The notes under the pieces were generated by a model that saw nothing but the letters and a program-made list of their open reading frames with translations, searched no databases and was not told where the DNA came from. A DNA stretch of 48,599 bases, taken from assembly GCA_013043565.1 (NCBI GenBank), contig JABDNZ010000169.1, forward strand, positions 1-48,599, given 5' to 3'. The stretch is from Gemmatimonadota bacterium (GTDB lineage Bacteria; Gemmatimonadota; Gemmatimonadetes; Longimicrobiales; Gaopeijiaceae). The translations under genes and the position numbers were made by a program. Numbering within the stretch: position 1 is the stretch's first letter; every line of letters starts with the position of its first letter. This document shows, piece by piece, positions 19,074 to 26,843 of the stretch.

Positions 19074-20153
19074 CTATGAATGTACCTGGTCGCTCAACGT
19101 GGAAGGAGTTTGGCCGCCTGAGGCCCTCACTTCAGCCTTGAACGCCTCCCATCCCTTCGGAAGGATCAGGTTGTCGGATATGGCGGCGATCTCCTCGGCC
19201 TCTCGCCAAGCCTCTACGAGACGCTCCAGCTCACCCTCCAGGGCGCGCCGCTCTTCGCTTTCGAAGAGAGCCATCTCCATGGCCAGCAGGATGGGTTCGG
19301 GATAGTGCCGAAACGCCACCCATTTTGGCTTGAGGCCTGCCGCATGGATCAGGTAACGCTCCACACCTCCTCCCTCGGAGATCTCGTTCACCGCATCCGA
19401 GATCGTCACGAACTTCGGAGTTCGCCGATTCAGTAACGGCAACGCCCGTCGAGCGAGGCGAATGGCCTCCTCACCCGAAAACTCCGCCCATTTGAACGCG
19501 AAGGTCTCTCCTCCCGTGACGTTGACCCGCTCAGTTCGTTGGACGTGAATCGACCATCCTGGATCGATGTCGGATGGGGTAATACCCCCCGCCCGCAGTT
19601 GCCCTTTTCTGAAGTGGTGCGGAAGGAGGCCTTGGTTCATATGCCAGTTGGCGTCGAGTCGATTCAGCAGGAGGATCGGGGCCGCGAGAAGGCCTCCAGC
19701 CAGGGCAAGGGGCGCCAAAACCGGGGCCAACGGGGCCAAGGCGATACCCGCCGCCCATGCGGTCCCGGACTCGAGCTTCAGAAGCTTCCCCCGCTTGACG
19801 CTGGACTTCAAACGCCGCTTCCTGCGTCCGAAACGACTGCCCCACCGCCATGCCGCGAACTCACCGGGGACCGGCTTCCCGATGCGTACGATCTCCAGCC
19901 CTCCACTCAAGCGGGCTAAGCCGACTTCCGCCGTTGAATACCGGGCGGGCGTACCGCGATAGGCCCGTTCAAGGGCTTCCACCGCCTCCCATCGTTGCTC
20001 TATCGGTACCAGGTTCCAACGCTCGCATCGAGGGCAAACGACCCACAGTCGCCCTCTCAACCCGTCGAAGGCGATGCGCCTACCGACCTGGAACTCCTCC
20101 AGGTCCTCGTTGTCTCCCAGGTCGGAAGAGCAGACAATGCAGTGGTTCCACAT
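19074..20153 (-). CDS. zinc-ribbon membrane protein, hypothetical
   Basis: 359 aa. The N-terminus has CxxC..CxxC (C5,C8 / C40,C43: CIVC ... CPRC). There is a basic linker, a central Ala/Leu/Pro-rich hydrophobic segment and a C-terminal acidic helix ALFESEERRALEGELERLVEAWREAEEIAAISDNL. Confidence 0.6.
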   Translation of the reverse strand: MWNHCIVCSSDLGDNEDLEEFQVGRRIAFDGLRGRLWVVCPRCERWNLVPIEQRWEAVEALERAYRGTPARYSTAEVGLARLSGGLEIVRIGKPVPGEFAAWRWGSRFGRRKRRLKSSVKRGKLLKLESGTAWAAGIALAPLAPVLAPLALAGGLLAAPILLLNRLDANWHMNQGLLPHHFRKGQLRAGGITPSDIDPGWSIHVQRTERVNVTGGETFAFKWAEFSGEEAIRLARRALPLLNRRTPKFVTISDAVNEISEGGGVERYLIHAAGLKPKWVAFRHYPEPILLAMEMALFESEERRALEGELERLVEAWREAEEIAAISDNLILPKGWEAFKAEVRASGGQTPSTLSDQVHS

Positions 20154-20224
20154 CCTGAGCTATTTCCGGTCGGCCAGGCCGAACCGGAACCTGGTCAGAG
20201 AGACATCCTTCTCGAATCGCGGAA

Positions 20225-20620
20225 TCAACCCGGCCATTCCTTCGATCCGACAGCGCCCTCCTCGCCCTCCGGCAACGGAGGCGCCGAACCCTGCCCCAAC
20301 GCCGCCTTCGCCGAGCGACGAACCCTGAGCCTGTCGAGCCATCGTCCTTCGCCCACCACCGAGGTCACGCCCAATCCAGCACCCAGCCCCATGAAAGCCC
20401 CACCGATCAGGCCATCCAGCAGCCAGCCCCACTCGGGGTAGATCACGTCCAGGCCCCCTCCTTCGAAGAGGTAGATCCCGACGACGACGCTGAGCACCGC
20501 CAGGAGTAACCCCACGAGTCGAACCGCCCGAAGGCTCAAGGGGTCTCTCGGTTCTTGGTCAGTGGGCAAATCGGGGGTCATGGGCCTGTTCGGTCTTAGA
20601 GTCGTTGGAGTGAGCGTCAA
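20225..20620 (-). CDS. small membrane protein, hypothetical
   Basis: 131 aa with two hydrophobic helices (LVGLLLAVLSVVVGIYLF; LLDGLIGGAFMGLGAGLGVTSVV). It lies 71 nt upstream of the zinc-ribbon gene on the same strand. Start uncertain (alternative ATG 20581). Confidence 0.45.
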   Translation of the reverse strand: MTLTPTTLRPNRPMTPDLPTDQEPRDPLSLRAVRLVGLLLAVLSVVVGIYLFEGGGLDVIYPEWGWLLDGLIGGAFMGLGAGLGVTSVVGEGRWLDRLRVRRSAKAALGQGSAPPLPEGEEGAVGSKEWPG

Positions 20621-20845
20621 CCACTTCGGGTCCTCCGGTCCTTCGATCCCCGCCCCTCACTTCAGGATTCGGTCAGCATCGATTTCAGAGAAGACTGTCG
20701 GGTCGGTCATGGGTTCGGACGCCGCGTCTTGTCTCGGAGAGGACCGGACGGTTTCGGATCAAAGGATAGCAAGTAAAACTGCGGATCCGAAGGCCGTCAC
20801 CGCAAGCAGTTTCCCCAATGGCCCCGTCGCCTCATTGGAACCCGA

Positions 20846-21631
20846 ATGGTTAGGCGGCGTATCCTCCTCTTTGACCTCCATAAAAGAAATGAGCCACCGG
20901 TGGTTCGATTTTTCCCCGACCTGCGGTACAGGCACTTGGAGCAGGAAGAGATGGATGCCCCTGGGCTGGACCCTGCAGAGCATGCACGGGCGCTTCGCGC
21001 GTTGGGCCGAATCGGAATCCTCTCCTGGACGGCTCAGCGGATTTGTAGGGAGGTCGTTGAATACGCGAAACAGGTCGAAGGGCCTGTCCGCATCCTCGAC
21101 GTCGCCTGCGGTGGCGGGGACGTGCCTCTTTCCATCAAGCGCTGGGGGGAGAGAAAAAGGCTCCAGGTCGAGGTCGAAGCCTGTGACCTGAGTCCGGTGG
21201 CCTTGGAGGTGGCGAAGGAAAAAGCCGAGAACGCGGGGCTCGATGTGAGGTTCTTTCAACACAACGCCACCGACAGAGATCTTCCGGGCGGTTTCGATAT
21301 CGTGGCCTCCTCCCTTTTTCTCCACCACCTCTCCGAGACGGAGGCTGACCTGTTCCTGCGAGCCCTCCGAGGTGCTGGGAATAGAGTGCTCGTTCAGGAC
21401 CTTTTACGAACCAGGGTCGGATATGCCTTGGCTTCCGCTACCTCCAGGGTGATCACCCGCTCGAAAATCGTCCATATCGATGGACCACGCTCGGTTCGCG
21501 CCGCATTCTCCCTTCCGGAAGTCAGGGCCATTGCTCGGAACGCCGGCATGGAGGACGCCCACGTTGCCAAATGCTGGCCAGAGCGCTTCAGCCTTCTCTG
21601 GGAGAGACGGCCCGAGGCGGTGGCAGCGTGA
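20846..21631 (+). CDS. class I SAM-dependent methyltransferase
   Basis: Motif I ILDVACGGGDV, plus the FDIVASSLFLHHL post-motif. First gene of an operon with a flavoprotein and a type III PKS. Confidence 0.85.
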   Translation: MVRRRILLFDLHKRNEPPVVRFFPDLRYRHLEQEEMDAPGLDPAEHARALRALGRIGILSWTAQRICREVVEYAKQVEGPVRILDVACGGGDVPLSIKRWGERKRLQVEVEACDLSPVALEVAKEKAENAGLDVRFFQHNATDRDLPGGFDIVASSLFLHHLSETEADLFLRALRGAGNRVLVQDLLRTRVGYALASATSRVITRSKIVHIDGPRSVRAAFSLPEVRAIARNAGMEDAHVAKCWPERFSLLWERRPEAVAA

Positions 21632-22806
21632 ATGCCATGGTGGGCCTGGGGGAGAAGGCCGTTCCGGGCCTGCCGGTTTGGGACGCGGTAGTGGTGGGAG
21701 CAGGACCGGCCGGGTCCATGACGGCCCATGAGTTGGCCCGGGCGGGAAAAAGGGTCCTTCTCCTTGACCGCCAGCAGTTTCCCCGTTGGAAGGTCTGTGG
21801 GGGGACCCTCAGCCCTGGCGCCCAGGGGCTTCTGGCCCAATCCGACCTCGGAGGACTCCTCGATAGCCTGGGAGCCGGGCCCCTCCACACCCTTCGGCTC
21901 GGTGGCTGGTCCATCACGGCCGACCTTCCTCTCAACGGCTCCAGGGCAGTCTCTCGATCTGCTTTGGACGCAGCCCTCATCGAAGCTGCCGTGCGCCGAG
22001 GGGCGCACTTCTCCGCCGGGGTTCGAGTAGACCTTGGGGAGCTCTCGGGCGGGGTTAGGACCGTCGAACTCCTTGGTAGCGAAGGACCGCGGGAAGTCGC
22101 CGCACGGGTGGTGGTCGCCGCCGACGGCCTCGCCAGTAAGCTCCTGGCTCAAGCCGGGCTCCCGGCCCGAGAACCGACTGCGGCCAGGCGAAGGGTCGTC
22201 GGGCTCGGAGCCGTATTCCCAGCATCCTCCGCGCCATTCGAGCCCGGAGTCATCCATATGGCCGTTGGGCGTGAGGGATATGCCGGTGTGGTTCAGGTGG
22301 AGGACGGCTCGATCAACGTCGCAGCTGCCCTGGACCACGAGGCTCTCCGCCAGGCCGAGTCACCTTCTGCCCTCGTACAGGATCTCCTGGCACAGGGCGG
22401 TTGGCCATCTTTGCCGACAACGCCTTCTCTGGGGTGGAGGGGAACACCGGGCCTGACGCGCCGCCCCGAACGACCGGGAGCCGAAAGGCTGCTGGCTGTC
22501 GGCGACGCCGCAGGATACCTGGAACCCTTTACCGGCGAGGGAGTCTTCTGGTCCTTGTCCGGAGCCCGACTGATAGCCCCCCTCGTGGGGCGGGTCGGCA
22601 AGACCTGGGACCCTCGGATCCTGACGGAGTGGACCAACACTCACGCCCGGTTGATGAAGAGGGCCCAACGCGTGTGCCGCGCGACCTCATGGGTACTGTC
22701 CCGGCCACTCCTCACTCGCTCCGCTTTGCGCATGTTGACGAGCAGCCCTCGCCTTGCGCGACCGATCGTCCGTAGGGTCGGAGCCCCCATCGTCTCTAGA
22801 GCATGA
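21628..22806 (+). CDS. FAD-dependent oxidoreductase, geranylgeranyl-reductase family
   Basis: Dinucleotide fold DAVVVGAGPAGSMTAHELARAGKRVLLLDR and GDAAGYLEPFTGEGVFWSL. GTG 21628 overlaps the methyltransferase stop (GTGA); alternative ATG at 21637. Confidence 0.85.
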   Translation: MNAMVGLGEKAVPGLPVWDAVVVGAGPAGSMTAHELARAGKRVLLLDRQQFPRWKVCGGTLSPGAQGLLAQSDLGGLLDSLGAGPLHTLRLGGWSITADLPLNGSRAVSRSALDAALIEAAVRRGAHFSAGVRVDLGELSGGVRTVELLGSEGPREVAARVVVAADGLASKLLAQAGLPAREPTAARRRVVGLGAVFPASSAPFEPGVIHMAVGREGYAGVVQVEDGSINVAAALDHEALRQAESPSALVQDLLAQGGWPSLPTTPSLGWRGTPGLTRRPERPGAERLLAVGDAAGYLEPFTGEGVFWSLSGARLIAPLVGRVGKTWDPRILTEWTNTHARLMKRAQRVCRATSWVLSRPLLTRSALRMLTSSPRLARPIVRRVGAPIVSRA

Positions 22807-22816
22807 GCGCTTTCAG

Positions 22817-23914
22817 ATGAGTATTCGTCTTGCCGGAATTGGTACAGCGGCCCCCACACACTCCATTTCTCAAGCCGCCGCAGCCGAGGCTTGGGCCGCC
22901 TTGGCTGGTGTGGACGAAAAAAAAGCCAGGACGATCCAGGCCCTGTACCGGAAGAGCGGTATCAGAAAGCGCCACAGCACACTGCTGGAAGACGCCGATG
23001 GCGAGCCCGGGCCGGTCCAGACCCTCTTCGAACCCGCCCGGTCCCAGGATGACCAAGGGCCGTCCACGGAAATGAGAATGGAGAGGTTCGAGGCCGACGC
23101 ACCCGTGCTGGCGATGACCGCGGGGCGGGCCGCGCTAGACGACGCCGGGGTGGGGGGCGAAGAGATCACTCACCTGGTGACGGTATCCTGCACCGGATTC
23201 TTCGCCCCGGGATTGGATACCACTCTTGTTGATCTTTTGGGGCTAAAACCAACGGTTGAGCGCACACACGTAGGATTTATGGGTTGTCACGGATCCCTGA
23301 ACGGTCTCCGTGTCGCCTCCTCCTTCGCGGGAGCAGATCCCGAAGCCCGGGTCCTGGTCTCTTCGGTGGAACTCTGTACGCTTCACATGTCCTATGAGTG
23401 GGACCCGGATACCCTGGTTGCCAACTCACTGTTTGGCGATGGAGCAGGAGCCGTGGTCGGTGCGGGCGAAGGTGTGCCGGTCCGCTCGGAGCCTTGGCAC
23501 CTGACAGCGAGCGGCACGTGTCGGTTGCCGGACAGCGCCGACGCCATGTCCTGGCGCATCGGGGACCACGGGTTTCGAATGACCCTATCCTCCCGGGTCC
23601 CCGAGATTATCGAGGCTCACCTTCGGGGATGGCTGGTCGGCTGGTTGGAGGGTCATGGCCTGGGACTGGAAGATGTAGAGACTTGGGCCGTTCACCCCGG
23701 TGGACCACGCATTCTTTCGTCGGTGGGATCCGCTCTAGACCTCGGACCGAGCGAGAACGAAGTCTCCCGATCCGTGTTGGCCGAATTCGGAAACATGTCC
23801 TCTGCCACCATCCTCTTTATTCTGGATCGACTTCGAAGAGGGAACGCACCTCGACCCTGCGTAGCCCTGGCTTTCGGCCCGGGGCTGGTCGCCGAAGCGG
23901 CGCTTTTCCTTTGA
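22817..23914 (+). CDS. type III polyketide synthase (chalcone/stilbene synthase family)
   Basis: The catalytic triad contexts are VSCTGFFAPGLD (Cys), WAVHPGGPRIL (His) and FGNMSSATILF (Asn). C-terminal GPGLVAEAALF. ATG 22817 lies 10 nt after the upstream stop. Confidence 0.9.
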   Translation: MSIRLAGIGTAAPTHSISQAAAAEAWAALAGVDEKKARTIQALYRKSGIRKRHSTLLEDADGEPGPVQTLFEPARSQDDQGPSTEMRMERFEADAPVLAMTAGRAALDDAGVGGEEITHLVTVSCTGFFAPGLDTTLVDLLGLKPTVERTHVGFMGCHGSLNGLRVASSFAGADPEARVLVSSVELCTLHMSYEWDPDTLVANSLFGDGAGAVVGAGEGVPVRSEPWHLTASGTCRLPDSADAMSWRIGDHGFRMTLSSRVPEIIEAHLRGWLVGWLEGHGLGLEDVETWAVHPGGPRILSSVGSALDLGPSENEVSRSVLAEFGNMSSATILFILDRLRRGNAPRPCVALAFGPGLVAEAALFL

Positions 23915-23931
23915 GGTGAGGGGCCCGCAGC

Positions 23932-24735
23932 TCAGGTGGCTTGGGCCACCATGACGATCCGTTCCCGATCTGAAACGACCACCCCGCCCGGGCGCTCCAC
24001 CGTGACCGCGAAGAGCGTGGCCTCGTCCACCAGGAGTCGGGGATCGATGGCAACGAGGACCTCATCCTGTCCAGGCGGAATGTCGAAGACTCCCCCGTCC
24101 ACCGGATACCGTTCGTTTCGGGCTGCATCGAAGATCCAAAGCTGATATTGCCATGAACGGGGGTCGTTGTACTGCAACCCCTTGAACCGCATGACCCCAG
24201 CTTGGTGCACAGCGCTCCAAACCACATCCCCGCTCGCCCCCAGAGAAGCTTCGTCCTCAGTGGCCGTCCAGGCGATCTGCATGAGCTCTGAGTCGGTTGC
24301 CAGAAGAGACTCACGCAACTCCGATGCAGACATCTGGAGGGGTGCCTGAGGAGCACGTCCGGGAAGGAAGACCAGGGCCAGAACCGCAGCGGCGGCGACG
24401 GCCCAACCCGCCCATCGGCCGACTTCGGCGCGACTTTGTTCCTTTATCTCGAACACCTGGGCCTCGGCGCCCCGGTCGGGCCTGGACGCCGACAAGTACT
24501 CTGACCCTGCCCCTTCCAACCGTCGGGCCAGACCTGCGGGCAGGGAGTCTTCTTTCGCGACGTCCTCGACGAACGCCACCGTCAACTCGCCTGCGGCCAG
24601 CTCCCACCTTTCCACCTCACCCGAAGGAAGCTCCGACACCAGGGCTGTTAGCTCATTCGCCTCTTCGGACGAAAGCTCACCCGAGACCTGCTTCACCAAC
24701 AGGTCTTCGAGGCGATCCGCATCATGCATCTTCAT
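23932..24735 (-). CDS. anti-sigma factor with RskA-type (anti-sigma-K) C-terminal domain
   Basis: One central TM segment (WAGWAVAAAAVLALVFL). The C-terminal YQLWIFDAARNERYPVDGGVFD...LFAVTVERPGGVVVS matches the RskA extracytoplasmic domain pattern. ATGA overlap with the sigma gene. Confidence 0.8.
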   Translation of the reverse strand: MKMHDADRLEDLLVKQVSGELSSEEANELTALVSELPSGEVERWELAAGELTVAFVEDVAKEDSLPAGLARRLEGAGSEYLSASRPDRGAEAQVFEIKEQSRAEVGRWAGWAVAAAAVLALVFLPGRAPQAPLQMSASELRESLLATDSELMQIAWTATEDEASLGASGDVVWSAVHQAGVMRFKGLQYNDPRSWQYQLWIFDAARNERYPVDGGVFDIPPGQDEVLVAIDPRLLVDEATLFAVTVERPGGVVVSDRERIVMVAQAT

Positions 24736-25295
24736 ATACCTTCACCTCCCTCCAGCAAAGCCGCCATTTGCCTGGCCCTCTTAAGGCCCCGACGAATGTG
24801 GGACTTCACGGTGCCGAGGGGCGTGCCTGTCTCCTCGGCGATCTCTTCATGAGTTTTCCCGTGTAGTAGCGACAACTCCAAGACCTGCCGCTGGCCCGGG
24901 GATAGCTCACGCAGAATCCCCCGAGCCTCATCTACCCGGTGGTCCGAGCTCGCGATCGAAGGAGCATCCGAAGGGGCCTCGAAGCCATCGGGGAATGGCT
25001 CGAAAACCGGTCGCCTCGCCCGCTTCCGGGCGAGGTCGATCAGGCGTCGTCGCGCAATCATCGCCACAAATCCGCGATCGCTGGCCTTCGACGGATCGAA
25101 TCGATGGGCACTCTTCCATATCGCCAGAAAGATCTCTTGGACTGCGTCCTCGGCTTCGGCTGAATCATTGGTCCACCGCCGGGCTAGAGCCCAGACGAGG
25201 GATCCAAAACGATCTACACACGCCTTAACGGCCGCTTCCTCTCCGTCAGCGACACGCCCAAGAAGATGTCTGGCTTCAGGCTGTTCGGTCATCAT
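24732..25295 (-). CDS. ECF-type RNA polymerase sigma-70 factor (SigK-like by partner)
   Basis: Region 2 is AEDAVQEIFLAIWKSAHRFDPSKASDRGFVAMIARRRLIDLAR. Region 4 is LSPGQRQVLELSLLHGKTHEEIAEETGTPLGTVKSHIRRG. Start at the ATGATG at 25295/25292; the track ORF extension to 25460 is non-homologous leader. Confidence 0.85.
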   Translation of the reverse strand: MMTEQPEARHLLGRVADGEEAAVKACVDRFGSLVWALARRWTNDSAEAEDAVQEIFLAIWKSAHRFDPSKASDRGFVAMIARRRLIDLARKRARRPVFEPFPDGFEAPSDAPSIASSDHRVDEARGILRELSPGQRQVLELSLLHGKTHEEIAEETGTPLGTVKSHIRRGLKRARQMAALLEGGEGI

Positions 25296-25422
25296 GGCCA
25301 GAAAATACTCCGATGAGCTCGGAAGGAGCCATGGCCGATCGTCCGAGAAGGACTGGTGACCTGAGATGTTCGGTGCTGAGAGCATGAACTGACCCATCGA
25401 GGGTTCGGACCTTTTCTGTCGG

Positions 25423-25454
25423 AAGGTTCGTCCGTCGGATGCACTTCGGATGCA
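25423..25454 (-). promoter_or_regulatory. candidate ECF-type promoter of the sigma/anti-sigma operon (TGCATCC-N17-CGAACCTT)
   Basis: On the minus strand, TGCATCC lies at 25454-25448, followed by a 17-nt spacer and CGAACCTT at 25430-25423. This is identical to the plus-strand copy. Confidence 0.45.
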
Positions 25455-25462
25455 CTGCATCC
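25435..25462. repeat. exact tandem 11-mer TCGGATGCACT x2 (25435-25456) overlapping a perfect palindrome GGATGCA-C-TGCATCC (25448-25462)
   Basis: Read directly from the sequence gtccgTCGGATGCACTTCGGATGCACTGCATCCaaaatc. Confidence 0.9.
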
Positions 25463-25487
25463 AAAATCACCAGATGCGGCGAACCTT
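25456..25487 (+). promoter_or_regulatory. candidate ECF-type promoter of the FAS1 gene (TGCATCC-N17-CGAACCTT)
   Basis: On the plus strand, TGCATCC lies at 25456-25462, followed by a 17-nt spacer and CGAACCTT at 25480-25487, about 44 nt upstream of ATG 25531. Confidence 0.45.
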
Positions 25488-25530
25488 AGGCCGAACAGTG
25501 AAGAGTAGAATTCGACGACTAGGAGGAAGC

Positions 25531-26712
25531 ATGACAGGGAGACTACTGGCCGCCCTCGCACTGACGGCCTTTTTGGCCCACCCGGCGGGGAAACTGAAAG
25601 CCCAGAATCACGACGACATCGTTGATGTAGCACGCGGCGCGGGGCAGTTCAACACACTCCTGGCAGCGCTGGATGCTGCGGGGTTGACCCATACCATCGC
25701 CGACGGTGGACCCTTCACGGTTCTCGCGCCCACGGACGAGGCATTCGGCCGATTGCCTGAAGGAACTGTGGAGAGCCTCCTTCAAGAGGAGAACCTCCCC
25801 AAGCTGGCCGAGATCCTGAAATACCATGTGATTTCCGGCAGAGTCACCGCTTCCCAAGTAAAGAACCTTCGTTCCGCAGAGACTCTGGAAGGCCAGCGTG
25901 TCGGGATATCGCACGAAACCGGGAAAATCAAAATCAATGACGCCACCGTGATTTCAGCCGACATCCGGGCCAGCAACGGTATCATCCATGTAATCGATGC
26001 GGTCTTGCTCCCCGAATCAAAATCCATCCCGGAAATCGCCGAGGGCGCTGGGGTGTTCAACACGCTCCTCGCGGCGGTAGGCGCAGCTGGGCTGGGAAGC
26101 ACCCTGACCGAGGGTGGACCCTTCACAGTGTTTGCCCCGACAGACGACGCTTTCGCCAGACTACCTGATGGAACGGTCGAGAGCCTACTCCAAGAGGAAA
26201 ACCTGCCCAAACTGGCTGAAATCCTTAAGTACCACGTGGTTTCCGGCAGAGTCTACGCCGACCAGGCTTTGGAGGCCCGACGCGCGAGCACACTCGCGGG
26301 AATTCCGGTCCAAATCCGGGTTTCGGACGGAACTCTGCGCGTGAACGACTCCCAGATCACCGCAACGGACATCCAGGCCTCGAACGGAGTGGTCCATGTC
26401 ATCGATGCGGTATTGCTCCCCCCCGAGATGTCACCAAAGCAGCAAGCAGCCCGTGAGCTGATGTCATTGGCGATCGAGCGGGGGGTTCCTCTGTTCAACA
26501 ATGGGCAGGCCGAAGCTTGTGCCGCCATCTATGAAGTGGCGGCCACGGCCCTACTACACATGGGCGACGCGATCCCGCAAGATGCTCAGCGAGAGCTTCG
26601 CAGGTCCCTTCGGGCCAGCCAACGCACTCACGATATGAGCGATCGGGCCTGGACCCTTCGCAACGCTCTCGACGAGACCATGCGACAGATGAGTCGGGAG
26701 ATGGGCAGGTAA
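25531..26712 (+). CDS. secreted protein with two fasciclin (FAS1) domains and a C-terminal helical domain
   Basis: AGGAGG RBS before ATG 25531 and a signal peptide MTGRLLAALALTAFLAHPAG. Two FAS1 units carry the motifs GGPFTV(L/F)APTD(E/D)AF..LP.GTVESLL and NGI(V)HVIDAVLLP. The last ~95 aa are not FAS1. Confidence 0.85.
   Translation: MTGRLLAALALTAFLAHPAGKLKAQNHDDIVDVARGAGQFNTLLAALDAAGLTHTIADGGPFTVLAPTDEAFGRLPEGTVESLLQEENLPKLAEILKYHVISGRVTASQVKNLRSAETLEGQRVGISHETGKIKINDATVISADIRASNGIIHVIDAVLLPESKSIPEIAEGAGVFNTLLAAVGAAGLGSTLTEGGPFTVFAPTDDAFARLPDGTVESLLQEENLPKLAEILKYHVVSGRVYADQALEARRASTLAGIPVQIRVSDGTLRVNDSQITATDIQASNGVVHVIDAVLLPPEMSPKQQAARELMSLAIERGVPLFNNGQAEACAAIYEVAATALLHMGDAIPQDAQRELRRSLRASQRTHDMSDRAWTLRNALDETMRQMSREMGR
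25705..26253 (+). repeat. intragenic duplication (FAS1 unit, 408-nt period); most similar cores at 25705-25845 and 26113-26253
   Basis: The peptide cores GGPFTVLAPTDEAFGRLPEGTVESLLQEENLPKLAEILKYHVISGRV and GGPFTVFAPTDDAFARLPDGTVESLLQEENLPKLAEILKYHVVSGRV are nearly identical. The nucleotide similarity is visibly high. Confidence 0.8.
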
Positions 26713-26734
26713 CAACGCAATAAATCCCAGCAGA

Positions 26735-26773
26735 GAAGAGGGGCTCCCCGATCGGGAGCCCCTTCTTGTTCTG
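26735..26773 (+). terminator. rho-independent terminator candidate after the FAS1 gene
   Basis: 9-bp GC stem GGGGCTCCC (26740-26748) / GGGAGCCCC (26754-26762) with a 5-nt loop. It is extendable by AGAA/TTCT and followed by the T-rich TTCTTGTTCTG. Confidence 0.6.
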
Positions 26774-26843
26774 TAAGTAACCTTTTTCCGGGAAATCCGG
26801 TATTCATTCAAATCGCACGAGTGCCTTCAGAGAAGGAGTACCC

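Noticed and set aside
20711-20720. 10-mer GGGTTCGGAC shared between the PKS-operon upstream region and the sigma/FAS1 intergenic region (25401-25410).
   Set aside because: It is a single short match without a shared partner element or spacing. It does not coincide with the TGCATCC-N17-CGAACCTT motif, so it is likely coincidental.
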